From: an uncultured Chloroflexia bacterium
Lineage (GTDB): Bacteria; Chloroflexota; Anaerolineae; CG2-30-64-16
Direction of reading: 5' to 3'
Length of the DNA: 64,000 nucleotides
Assembly: GCA_963774265.1 (NCBI GenBank)
Contig: CAVZDU010000001.1
Span: 1,120,001-1,184,000 of the forward strand
A model generated the notes under the pieces. It was given only the letters and a program-made list of their open reading frames with translations, did not search any database and was not told the origin of the DNA. Of the stretch, positions 54,408 through 64,000 are shown piece by piece (the stretch's first letter is position 1; each line of letters begins with the position of its first letter). The translations under genes and the position numbers were made by a program.

Positions 54408-56560
54408 GACGATAAGATGGCTCGCACATCCACCGCCACGGCCCCCTGGCCGGCGGGGAGAACCAGTAGTGGGTTCACGTCCAGTTCGCTGATCTCTTCG
54501 TGTTCCGCAGCCAGCCGGCTGATGCGGATAATGGCGTCCACGAGAGCAGGACGATCCGCCGGGGGCGCGCCGCGCAACCCATTCAGCAACCTAGCCGACC
54601 GGATCTCGTCAATCATCTCCTCGGCATCCGGGCGAGTCAAGGGCGCGAGGCGGAAACTCACGTCGGCCAGCGCCTCGACATAGATGCCGCCCAACCCGAA
54701 CATCACCAGCGGTCCATAGGTCGGGTCGCGCTTGATGCCGACGATTACCTGTTGACCTCCCTGTATCATCTCCTGCACCTGGATCCCGCGCACCTGCGCG
54801 CCGGGGTGCGCGGCCTTTGCACGGGTCAGGATCGTCTTGAATCCCGACCTGACAGCGTCCGCGTCGGTCACACCCACGATCACCCCCCCGATGTCAGACT
54901 TATGAAGGATGTCTGGGCTCATGATCTTGAGCACAACAGGGTAGCCAATCTCCTCTGCGAACCTGACTGCGTCGCTTGGATCGCGCGTTAGGAATTCCTG
55001 CGGAGTGCGTATGCCGTAGGCGTCCAGCAGATCCCGGCATGCCGCGGCATCCAACGCTCGGCGTCCGGCTGCATGCGCCAACATCAAGACGTCTTGGACC
55101 TTGCGCCGACCTCTGGCGGCAAGCAGACGCTCCGCCTTGCTCCCAACCTCTCGGGCGGCGCCTTCAGCGAGGCGATTCTCGAACTGCTTCCGCTGCCATA
55201 GCGCGCCAAACACCCGCACTGCATCCTCCGGAAACGTGTAGGCCGGGAGTTGCAGCCGATGTGCGGTTGCCGACGCCTCGTCCAGGCTGATGTCACCCAT
55301 CAAACAAAGGACGACGGGTTTGACCTGGCCGCCCTGAGCCGCGGCTGCGGCGCCGAATGCCTCGACCACGGCCACGGGGTTAATCAGCACTTGGGGCACG
55401 AGAACCGCGAGTACTCCGTCGCAGTTTGGATCCGCCAGCGCCGCGTCCATCGCGAGCCGGTAAGTTTTTTCGTCTGCGCCGCCCAGCAGATCGATGGGCC
55501 CACCGAGCTGCGCGTCCGGGGCCAGCTTCGGGCGCAGCATCGCTTGTGTCTCAGCGGTTGTGCGCGCCAGGAGGAGACCTGCTGCCTCCAACGCGTCTGC
55601 CGCCAGGGCTGCGGGCCCGCCCGCGTTCGTCACGATGGTGATCCGGTTGCCGCGCGGCAGTGGTTGGTACGCGAGGGCCAGCGCAGCGTCGAACAATGCC
55701 TGCACACTTTCCACTTCAAGCACGCCCGCTTGCTTACACGCCGCGCTGAACGGGGCGTGGACGCCTGCCAGCGCGCCCGTGTGTGAAGCGGTCGCGGCCT
55801 GCCCGCTGCCGGTGCGTCCGCTCTTGAGGATAACGACCGGCTTTCGAGCAGCCGCGTCCCGCAGCTCACGGGCAAATGCCGGTCCGCCTTTGACATCCTC
55901 CAGATAAAGCGTGATGACCTTGGTGGCGTCATCCGCGGCCAGGAAGGGGATCACATCCGTCTCGTTGACGTCGGCCTCGTTGCCTACACTCAGGAAACGA
56001 CTGAAGCCGATGCCGCGGCCGACGGTCCAGTCGATGATGCCCCCGCACAACGCGCCCGATTGCGAAAGGAACGCGATGCTGCCCTTCGGCGGCATGCCCT
56101 TGACGAAGGTGGTGTTGAGTGGCGTGTGGGTGTCGATAACGCCGATGCCATTCGGTCCCATGATGCGCATGCCAAATCGTTGCGCAACGGCAACCATTTC
56201 GCGTTCACGCTCGATCCCCTCCGGTCCGACCTCCCGAAAGCCGCCAGAGATGACAATCGCAGCCTTGACCCCGCGCCGACCGCACGCCTCGATGGCCCCC
56301 ACGACGGCTGTCGCGGGGATAATCAGCACGGCCAGCTCGACCGGGTCGGGCACGGAGCCGATGTCCGGGTAGCAGCGCAACCCGAGGATCTCGTCGGCCT
56401 TCGGGTTGATGGGATAGATCGGCCCTCTATAACCCCGCTCCGGGTCCACCAGGTTGCGGACCACTCCGTAACTCAGCTTAGAGGGATCGCGGCTGGCGCC
56501 AATCACTGCGACGCCATCGGGCGTGAAGAAGGGTTGGAGGGAGGTCGAACGCTCGTTCAT
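54404..56560 (-). CDS. Acetate/acyl-CoA ligase (ADP-forming), fused alpha-beta
   Basis: VAVIGAS, GPNGIG, SQSGA, phospho-His ASHTGALAG, TNAGG; ATP-grasp GYPVVLK..SPDILHKSD, ELDVNPL. Confidence 0.9.
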   Translation of the reverse strand: MNERSTSLQPFFTPDGVAVIGASRDPSKLSYGVVRNLVDPERGYRGPIYPINPKADEILGLRCYPDIGSVPDPVELAVLIIPATAVVGAIEACGRRGVKAAIVISGGFREVGPEGIEREREMVAVAQRFGMRIMGPNGIGVIDTHTPLNTTFVKGMPPKGSIAFLSQSGALCGGIIDWTVGRGIGFSRFLSVGNEADVNETDVIPFLAADDATKVITLYLEDVKGGPAFARELRDAAARKPVVILKSGRTGSGQAATASHTGALAGVHAPFSAACKQAGVLEVESVQALFDAALALAYQPLPRGNRITIVTNAGGPAALAADALEAAGLLLARTTAETQAMLRPKLAPDAQLGGPIDLLGGADEKTYRLAMDAALADPNCDGVLAVLVPQVLINPVAVVEAFGAAAAAQGGQVKPVVLCLMGDISLDEASATAHRLQLPAYTFPEDAVRVFGALWQRKQFENRLAEGAAREVGSKAERLLAARGRRKVQDVLMLAHAAGRRALDAAACRDLLDAYGIRTPQEFLTRDPSDAVRFAEEIGYPVVLKIMSPDILHKSDIGGVIVGVTDADAVRSGFKTILTRAKAAHPGAQVRGIQVQEMIQGGQQVIVGIKRDPTYGPLVMFGLGGIYVEALADVSFRLAPLTRPDAEEMIDEIRSARLLNGLRGAPPADRPALVDAIIRISRLAAEHEEISELDVNPLLVLPAGQGAVAVDVRAILSS

Positions 56561-57321
56561 CGCCGAGCCTTCCAGGCATGTAGCACCCTCAATGTTGCAT
56601 CCGGCACGTCGGTGATAATGGCTTCAACGCCTAGATCGGCCAGGCGGCGTATGTCCTCTTCTTCGTTCACGGTCCACACTCGCACTGGCATTTTGCGCCG
56701 CCGTGCCGCGGCCATGTAGCGGGCGTCAATCATATCCTTCTCTGGGTGCAGGCCCTCAGCCTTGGAGTACTGCAGGGTTACCCCCCATCTCGTCCAGGCT
56801 GACGTGTCTGCGGCCAGAAGCAGCGCGTGCTCGATCTCTGGCCCCGCCTGCTTCGAGCGGCGCAACGCAAAAGGATTGAACGAACTGATAACCACATCGT
56901 TGACCATTCCGTGGAACCGGACGGCCTTCACGACATCTACGCCCAGCACCGCTCCCGTGATGTCCAGCGACTTCAATTCGATGTTCACGAGCAGTTTGCC
57001 CCTGGCCAGGTCGAGCACCTCATCGAGGGTGGGGATGAGCGTGCCCTGGAATTCTGGGCTAAAGTGCGAGCCGGCGTCGAGTTGGCGCAACGCGTCAAAG
57101 GGGTGGCTCGTGACCCGACCCTTCCCACTGGATGTCTTCTCCAGGTTCAGGTCGTGGAAGATGACCAGCTTGCCGTCCGAGCTGAACTGCACGTCGAGCT
57201 CGATGCCATCGGCACCAAGGCGTATTGCGGCCTCGAACGCAGGCAGGGTGTTTTCGGGCGCGACGCGTTTTGCACCACGATGCGCGAAGACGAGGGGGCG
57301 GTTTGTGACAGTACGTTTCAT
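56557..57321 (-). CDS. Glycerophosphodiester phosphodiesterase
   Basis: AHRGA...PENT, IELDV, FHD, NIELK, WTVN, IITD. Confidence 0.92.
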   Translation of the reverse strand: MKRTVTNRPLVFAHRGAKRVAPENTLPAFEAAIRLGADGIELDVQFSSDGKLVIFHDLNLEKTSSGKGRVTSHPFDALRQLDAGSHFSPEFQGTLIPTLDEVLDLARGKLLVNIELKSLDITGAVLGVDVVKAVRFHGMVNDVVISSFNPFALRRSKQAGPEIEHALLLAADTSAWTRWGVTLQYSKAEGLHPEKDMIDARYMAAARRRKMPVRVWTVNEEEDIRRLADLGVEAIITDVPDATLRVLHAWKARR

Positions 57322-57345
57322 CCTGACCTCATTGTCCGAAATGGG

Positions 57346-58072
57346 TTATCGTGTCCTGCGGGCCAACTCCACCAGTTTTTGGCCATCCCATAGCTCGATC
57401 GGCTTTCCCGCGGCCCATTCACGAGCTTTGCGCGAAATCGCGCCGGTGGTGGCGAGCCATCCGCGGTCGCCCCGTTCGTGAATCAAGGTCCCGTAGAGCT
57501 CGCGCACCACGGGTTCCCCCACGGTGCCCCGATACCGTTTGCACTGCACCAGTCCCGTGTTGACGGGCGGACGAGAAACCTCGATATCAACGCCGTGGTC
57601 GCCGCTGTAGGACGTGTTATGGATGCGGTATCCGTTCAACTGGAACATCATCCCGATCCACGTCTCGAACTCGGCAGGGTCCAGCGCCAGCATCTGGGCG
57701 AGGCTTTGCACGCGGCCAAAACGTTTGCGGAGAGCCGAGCGGCTGGCGTCCCGCTGGGCAAGCCACACTGGCCCAACCAGAGCCAGCATATGTAGCGCCG
57801 CGGCCGCCGGGGCCACCCAAATGGGCAGCCAACTGGTCCACCAGCCCTGGCCGATGCGCAGCGCGATTACCGCGGGCCAAATAAGGATCCACGAGCGCGC
57901 CCCCGATCAGCCAGGCCCACGGCGTTTCACCTGGCTCGACCATGTCGGCTGTCGAGGCTCCGCGTTCCAACGCGGCCAAAACGCCGCGTCGCGCCAACTC
58001 TGAGCGGGCACGTGCGACCTCTTCCGCCGAGGGCATCCAGTCCGGCTCACCGGCCGATTGTCCGTCTTCCAT
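57346..58072 (-). CDS. Membrane-anchored Mrr-like restriction endonuclease domain protein (one frameshift; start approximate)
   Basis: N-terminal TM segments; P.EFE, GDHGVDI, LVQCKRY..VG...VR, IELWDG..L. Confidence 0.78.
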
Positions 58073-58136
58073 CGGCGCCAGGGTTGCATGAAATTCCATC
58101 AGCACGGACAGTTCCTTTGCTTCCTGATGTTTCGGG

Positions 58137-59649
58137 TCATCGGATGTATCTCGTCACGATCACCCGCACAAACTCGGTGCGATCCGCTGGCGTGGCGTTG
58201 GCCTCCAGCCATTGACTTGTCAGGTTGCGTTCGTCCCACATGGGAACCTCGGACGAGATCAGCCACACGGTCTTCGCTCCCCCGACCCTCGTGGCCATCC
58301 ACGCATCCGCCTCGGCCTCGGTCATGCCGTTGTTTGTATACGGCCCCTCGACCCCTGTCCAAGCGGGATCCTCAGGATCGGCGCGGCCGCTGGCATAATA
58401 GGAGAAGGTGTATCGGTTGTATGGGATCTGATATAGGACCGCGTCGCCGGGCTGATGTGACGCTCGCACATAAGCTGCGGCGGCCCGAAAATCGGACTTG
58501 ATCGGTTGACTGGCTTGAAGATACATGCTCCAGCCGTTGAGCGCAAATATTACCAGCCGCGACAGCTATTCCCGCCGGCCGCCACGTTCGGCCTAGCGCC
58601 ACCACTCCACATGCCAGCAGCGCGCAATATGCCGGTAGGGTCCAGATCAGGTAGCGGTCGGTGAAGATGGGCATGCCGACCGACACCACGTAGATCAAGA
58701 GAGGCGGCGCCAGCAGCCACACCCCGAGGAGGAGCGTGACCCCGCGTCGTGCGGTCAGGCGTGAGTCCGTGCGCCATCGAATCTGGGGTTCACCGCTGCC
58801 CAGCTCCGCCGCGCGGTACCTGTTGTGGATCGGCCATAGGGCGACGCCGGCGACCAGCGCGACCATATATGGCAGCAACGAAACCGGCGGAACGCCCAGC
58901 ACGCCACGGCTGAACGCGCCGGACAGGATCCGAAAGATGTTGTCCAAGGATACGAAGGGGTGACCAGTTTGGTATGTCGACGTCCAGAGCGGAGGAATCC
59001 ACCTCAGGAATGGCACGTAGGGCAGTCCTAACACCAGCAGATAGAGGACCACGCCGAGCACACGCCGGCGCGGCGTGGTCCAGGGCAAGAAGAGCAGCCA
59101 TAGGATTTGGACCGGTACGATGAGCGCCGCGAGCAGGTGCGTATAGAAGGCGAGGCTGGTCAATACATATAGCGCCACCCAGGGGTACCACCCGCCTCGC
59201 CGCGCCACCGCGACGATGGCCAGCAGTGACGCGGGCACCAGCACGGTCAAGAGCGCGTACATCTTGGCTTCCTGCCCGTACCATACGCCATAAGGCACGG
59301 TCGCGACGAGGAGTGCGGTCAAGAGGGCCACGCGGCGGTCTGCCAGGCGAGCCAGCAGGACGTAGACCAGGGGGACCGAGAGCGCACCAGCCAGGGCCGC
59401 AGGAAACCGCAGGCTGAACTCGCTGTGTCCTGCGGCAGCCAACCAGGGTCGCAGCGCCAGGAAAAAGAGGGGTCCGTTTTGCCCCGGTTGGCGAAACATA
59501 TCGAGCAGTTGAGGCAGAGGCCGCGTTGCGAAGAGGAGGGCGTCGACTTCATCGCGCCACAGGCTCTGCGATAGGAGCGTCAGGACGCGAAGCGCAAACG
59601 CCAGTAAGGTGATGGCAGGGATGGCGATCCGGGCGGCGAGGCCAGACAT
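58137..59649 (-). CDS. GT-C/GT39 (PMT-like) membrane glycosyltransferase (one frameshift)
   Basis: QSLWRDE, PLFF, SEFSLRFP, QEAKMYAL, YTH, RYL; extracytoplasmic C-terminal domain. Confidence 0.82.
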
Positions 59650-59655
59650 ATGGCT

Positions 59656-60210
59656 TTACAGCCGGCCGCTCCGGCGTAGGAGCAGGATGACGGTCGCTGC
59701 GCCGCCGATCAGCAGGGTGACCCCACATATCAGCCAAATGAGGTTGAGTAGCGCCAGCCCTGCCCGCAGTCCGGGATCATTGTCTACGACGACGGTCGGC
59801 GTGGGCTCCGGCACGCTTCCAGGATTTGTGATCACGGGCTGGGCCAGGGGCAGCGATTCGAGATCGCTTGGGTTAACGATCGTCGGCGCGGGCAAAAACC
59901 CGGACACCGTCGGCGTCGGCAAGATGTCAGTCGGCAAAGGCACAGCAGTGGGCGGTTCGAGCGAGGGGAAGGGCTCGGCCGTTGCGTCAGGCTGGGGCGC
60001 GGCGATGGTGGGCACGAAACTCACGGTTGGTTCGGGAGACCGGGTCGGCACGGCAGGCGCGGTTGGCGATGCCGCGACCGGTGTGGGCATGATGGGGGAA
60101 GACTGGAACGTCGTGCGCGCACTGACGCCGAAAGACAACATCAGCGTGAGGATGGCCGCGGCCACCATGACGGCGATGAAAGACAGGACCGATTGAGTAT
60201 GACTGCGCAA
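59656..60210 (-). CDS. Pro/Thr-rich surface protein with signal peptide and C-terminal TM anchor
   Basis: Hydrophobic N-terminus, PT-rich core, C-terminal TM plus RRSGR tail. Confidence 0.65.
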   Translation of the reverse strand: MRSHTQSVLSFIAVMVAAAILTLMLSFGVSARTTFQSSPIMPTPVAASPTAPAVPTRSPEPTVSFVPTIAAPQPDATAEPFPSLEPPTAVPLPTDILPTPTVSGFLPAPTIVNPSDLESLPLAQPVITNPGSVPEPTPTVVVDNDPGLRAGLALLNLIWLICGVTLLIGGAATVILLLRRSGRL

Positions 60211-60323
60211 GGTATAGAATCAGCCTTTTCGATCAAAATTCAGGCACGGATTATAGCACGCCTGCGCTCGACAGCCAACGTGCACGGCCCTTAGCAATGG
60301 TGTATGCCGTTATGGAGTCGAAG

Positions 60324-61671
60324 TTAGTGTATCGCTTTCGGTTGGAAGTGTGTGTTGAACTTGCGCATGGCAGGTAGGATGAACTTGCGATCCACCTCCT
60401 GTGCGATCATGGCCAAGACGCCAGCATCGGAATGGTAGGCGTTGGCGCTCCGAATGCGGCGGCGCAGGCAGCGATTGAAGCGTTCGAGCCGGCTGGTTGT
60501 GCGGAGAAAGCTGCGGCGCCAGGTGGGATGGCGTTCTTGCAGGAGGAAGTAAGCCACGGTGGCGCGGAAGTTGCGCCGGAGCGTGGCCACAGCATCGGGT
60601 TGGGTGTTGCGATATTTCTGCAGCACCTTGAGGGCGCGGCGCAAGACGGTGGCACGCTGTTTGGCCTGAAAGATGGCGACGAAATCGCGGTAGATCGCCC
60701 GGCGCTGGCGGCGCCGTTCAGCTGCGGGCAAATCGTCGGCGATGCGAATGGCTTGCCAGATGTTGCGGAGCTTATGGAAGAGGCAGCGTTGCTCGATGGC
60801 GTCAAAGTGGATGGTGGTGAGTGCGGCGCATAGACCACTGCCGCCATCATGAATGATCAATTCCAGGCCCAGTTCGCCGCGCAAGCCTTGGGCTTCCAGT
60901 TCACTGAGAAAGGCGAGCCAGCTTTCGGCATCCTCGCTGTCGGCCAGCCGCCAGGCCAAGATCCTCCTGGCGGCCGGTTTCCGGCCAGACGCCTAACGCA
61001 ATCAGGAGGCAGCGCTTCCGGCGGCCCTTGACGGCGCGCTTGCGGCCCTTGCGGTCGGTGCGCCACTGCCCGGTCGCACACAGTTGCGTGAACCAGATGG
61101 CATCGAACTGCACGATCGGCGGCGTGGGCCGCTCATCGGCGCCCGGGGTGAGCTGCTGGAGTTGGTGTAAGCGCTGGAGCAGGGTGCGTTGGCCCAACAC
61201 GCCCATATAGCTATGCGCCAGTTCGCCCTGCATCTCGCGCAGGCTGATACTCAGGGCGCCCCAGCGTTGAATTTGAGCGTCGACATCGCTGCCAATGCGC
61301 TGGTAGGGCGCTAGCCAATCATCCAGATCGAGGGTGATGCTGCCGCCGCACTCACAGACGAAGCGGGGCCAGCGCAGCGGCACTTCGCCCCAGCGGGTCA
61401 GCAAATGGCGCGGCCGGCTGCCGTTGCGACTGAACCGCTGGCTCTGCACGGTGTGGCACTTGGGGCACGCACGGGTCTGTTCCAGACTGTTGGCCACGTG
61501 GCCCCGCCGCACGTAGGGCGCCCGGCCCAAGACGTATTCGGCCGCGGCGTACAAACGCTCGCCGATTCCGTGCCCGATTTGGTTGAGCAGGTGGTGATGA
61601 GCCTCTGCAATGGCCCCTTCGATCAAAGCATGGCCGTTGACTTGCCGGCATTCCGGGAGTACGCTGCGCAT
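60324..61671 (-). CDS. IS256-family transposase (one frameshift near 60.96 kb)
   Basis: RNG.RPR.L.T.WG, FDAIW, IIHDG..GL, QRCLFHKLRN, RTTSRLERFNR.LRRR. Confidence 0.85.
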
Positions 61672-61762
61672 CGGGGTGGTCTCCTGGCGTGGTATTGATG
61701 TTGTAACCTGACCTTACCAGGTTTCCACCCTCAGACGAATTTCAACCGATCGGGATACACTA
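60325..61762 (-). mobile_element. IS256-like (Mutator) insertion sequence
   Basis: Terminal inverted repeats TAGTGTATCGCTTTCGGTTGGAAGT / TAGTGTATCCCGATCGGTTGAAATT around the transposase; no clean direct repeat seen. Confidence 0.78.
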
Positions 61763-61774
61763 CCGAATTCGCGC

Positions 61775-63471
61775 TGTTACTGCTCAGCGATAATGTCCGC
61801 TAATTGCTCAGCGAAAATGTCCAAGCCGACTGCAAGTCGTTAAGGTGCTGATTGCGATTATGGCAGCGCTTGCCGAGACAAAAGCAGGTGGCCGAGCGCC
61901 CGCTCAGACAGTGACTACTGCTGGCTACGCAGCACGGGGTTTTGCGCTTTGGCCCGATGTAGGGGCGGAAGCCGGCGGCACGGCGAAGAGGCAGAGTGGG
62001 ACGAATCTGGTTCGCCCGCCCTGCCTCCCCTACACCGGGCCTGCGACGGCGCTCGGAGGCGCTCCCCAGCGTTGCTCCTATCCTCCGCGCAGGTTGGGCC
62101 AGTTTAGCACAGGTGGGGCCACCCGTACAGGCTGGGCAACTAGCGCTGGCCATACAGCCACGCCCGCTGTTTCGCCTTGGCGTGCGGTTCAACCGGCAGC
62201 TTGGACCAGGCTGGCTCCGGGGTTGGGGCCGGCCGGGTGGCGGGTGCGGCCAGGAGCGGCCGATAAGTGAGCCGCTGGCGGCCGTGGTAGACATAGATCT
62301 CGCCTTCAGGCACCACATGCACCGTCACCGTCTGGCTAACGAGGCTGGGCTGCGTGCGGCGCGGGCAGGAGTTGCAGCCACTGACCGGCAAAGCGAATGC
62401 AGTGGTCGGCCCGCACTTTGCGAGTTTCGCGCACGGCGAAGTAGTAGGCGTGATCGAAGATGACCGGCAGTGGCACCCAAGCGCTGTCGGGATCGCGTGC
62501 TGGTCTGGCGAAGCGGGCATTGTAGCGCGTCATGAAGCTGGGCAGAAAGGCATTGGCGTCCTGCAAGGTGGTCACGCCCGCCAGACGCAGTTCCTTGGTC
62601 AGACGATCTTGCAGCGTGGCCCACAAACGCTCAATGCGGCCCTTGGCTTGCGGCGAGTGGGCCGTGATCGACTCGATACCCAATTCGGCCATCATGCGTT
62701 GCACCTGGCTCATGGGTGGCTGGCCAGCCAACTCATCGTCGAGCGTCGGCTGTTTCGGTGAGCGCAGGATCGTGTGGCGGTCGTGGTAGATGCTCATGGG
62801 GAGGCCGTAGGTCTCGGCGATGGTCCGCAGCAGGAGCAGATAGCCCACTTGATCCTCCGTTGGCCGAAACAGCAGAAAGAGTACCTGCCCGTCGCATCGT
62901 CAATGGCCCCGATCAAGCTGGCCTTCGGGCCACGTTCTTCCAGCCAAGCGAACGGACTGCCGTCGATTTGCAGCAGCATGCCTTCGGCCGCCCGCCGGAC
63001 CCGGCGGCGACGATGCACCGCCGAAGCCACTGCCACCGACGAGCGCAAGCCCGCCTGACGTAGCAGGCGGTCCAGCGTCGAACGGCCGATGACGATCTGC
63101 TCGACGTGCGCCAGCAGCTCCTGCATGTGGCACACGTTCAGGTCGTGGTACTTGCCGCCCGGCACCGCCAGGGCCAGAATCTGGGCCACCACTTCTGGTG
63201 GGGTGCAATTGGCCGGCGTCCGGTCATGACTACCATGCACGACGACCGCCATACCCTCTTGGCGGAAACGCACCCGCAAACGCCGGACTTGCCGCGTGCT
63301 AACCCCCAGCAGTTCAGCCGCTGTCGCTACGTCCAGGGCCTCAGCCGCCAAGCGGGTCAGTATCTCCGTCTTACGCTGCTGTTCTGGGTTCAAGGTAATT
63401 GTCCTCATCGTTCAAGTATGCGGACATTTTCCCTGAGCAGTTAACCCGGACATTTTCGCTGAGCAGTGACA
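61775..63471 (-). mobile_element. IS1202-family (former ISNCY) element with 17-bp target duplication
   Basis: Ends TGTTACTGCTCAGCGATAATGTCCG / TGTCACTGCTCAGCGAAAATGTCCG, each with two copies of an 18-bp subrepeat; direct repeat CACTACCGAATTCGCGC at 61758-61774 and 63472-63488. Confidence 0.88.
62140..63408 (-). CDS. IS1202/ISNCY-type DDE transposase (two frameshifts)
   Basis: HTH (AELLGVSTRQVRRL), LLQIDGS..W, IDDATG, YHDRH, SPQAKGRIERLW.TLQDRL. Confidence 0.88.
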
Positions 63472-63488
63472 CACTACCGAATTCGCGC

Positions 63489-63517
63489 TTGACATGAATC
63501 CGTTGGTGTGCTATATT
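63489..63517 (+). promoter_or_regulatory. Sigma70 promoter of the T-box leader
   Basis: TTGACA-N17-TATATT with an extended -10 TG. Confidence 0.75.
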
Positions 63518-63542
63518 GACCGCACAATTGAATACGCCACAC

Positions 63543-63898
63543 AAAGGCGATGAACCGGACGAGTACGCATGCATCCACGATGTGGGTGAGCGAGGCGTCA
63601 GAGAGCGGGCCAACTGCTGCGAGGCCCGCGCCAGAGCACGTGCCGAATGGACCGGGGAGCTGCCAGTTGAAAGCATTGCAAGGTGCGAGTAGACCAGGCC
63701 GGAACGCCACCGTTAGCAAGGCGAGGGGATCGGATAGGTCTTCGTGGCAATGATAGCCATGTATGGACCGCGTCCCGTCCCTGCAATGAGTGAGATTGGC
63801 CGCACGATTACTTTCGCGGGATGGCCGATCTAACTGGGGTGGCACCACGGGCGTCTTTTGACCCTCGTCCCCTTTTTGGGGGCGAGGGTTTTCTGTTT
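63543..63898 (+). ncRNA. T-box riboswitch, probable Trp specifier
   Basis: GCGATGA GA motif, AGTA, AGAGAG AG bulge, GCTG loop, specifier GAA-TGG-A (63648-50), T-box GGGTGGCACCACGG, terminator ACCCTCGTCCCC...GGGGGCGAGGGT plus T-tract. Confidence 0.9.
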
Positions 63899-63978
63899 AA
63901 CTTCTGGCGGGCAAACCCCTCCCCTCCGCACATCGTCGTATCGGCCCGTCATAATTATTCTACTCGGGAGGGAACACC

Positions 63979-64000
63979 ATGTCACTCGCATCAATCGCCA
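63979..64000 (+). CDS. Start of the T-box-controlled gene (likely Trp synthesis, transport or TrpRS; truncated by window)
   Basis: GGGAGGG RBS then ATG (MSLASIA...). Product inferred only from the specifier. Confidence 0.4.

Noticed and set aside
61845-62270. Passenger ORF in the IS1202-family element
   Set aside because: Low-complexity translation, no RBS, and it overlaps the transposase end on the opposite strand; better explained as structured non-coding DNA.

Overview
A GC-rich bacterial chromosomal window, most likely from a Chloroflexota (Anaerolineae/Caldilineae-like) genome. That assignment is inferred from the YLPLI-motif secreted protein, the many Pro/Thr-rich lipoprotein linkers, the T-box and the IS types. 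In order it holds: a Cys-type, probably non-bifurcating NAD-linked formate dehydrogenase operon; an ABC-2 exporter; a CHAT protease next to a TolB-like protein; a PotD/AfuA-type ABC importer; an ABC-F gene with a uORF/terminator leader; an RfaH-like NusG paralog; an H+-type F1Fo ATP synthase operon; mreB with an IS630 in its stop codon; NYN-HEAT and NfeD genes; a divergent tungstate/ECF locus; malQ; nrfHA (CxxCH-type NrfA) behind a Crp/Fnr regulator; an ADP-forming acyl-CoA synthetase; abutting IS256-like and IS1202-family elements; and a Trp-type T-box at the right edge. The best candidate for an undescribed system is 37.6-46.7 kb. There WtpAB and TupA lack their own ATPase and sit with five apparently non-catalytic molybdopterin-oxidoreductase-like domains, a full ECF importer and a TiaS-like DDTD protein, which suggests W/Mo or metal-pterin cofactor scavenging. 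Many conserved genes carry patchy frameshifts that are probably long-read or consensus errors. All family assignments come from motif recognition by eye; no database searches were run.
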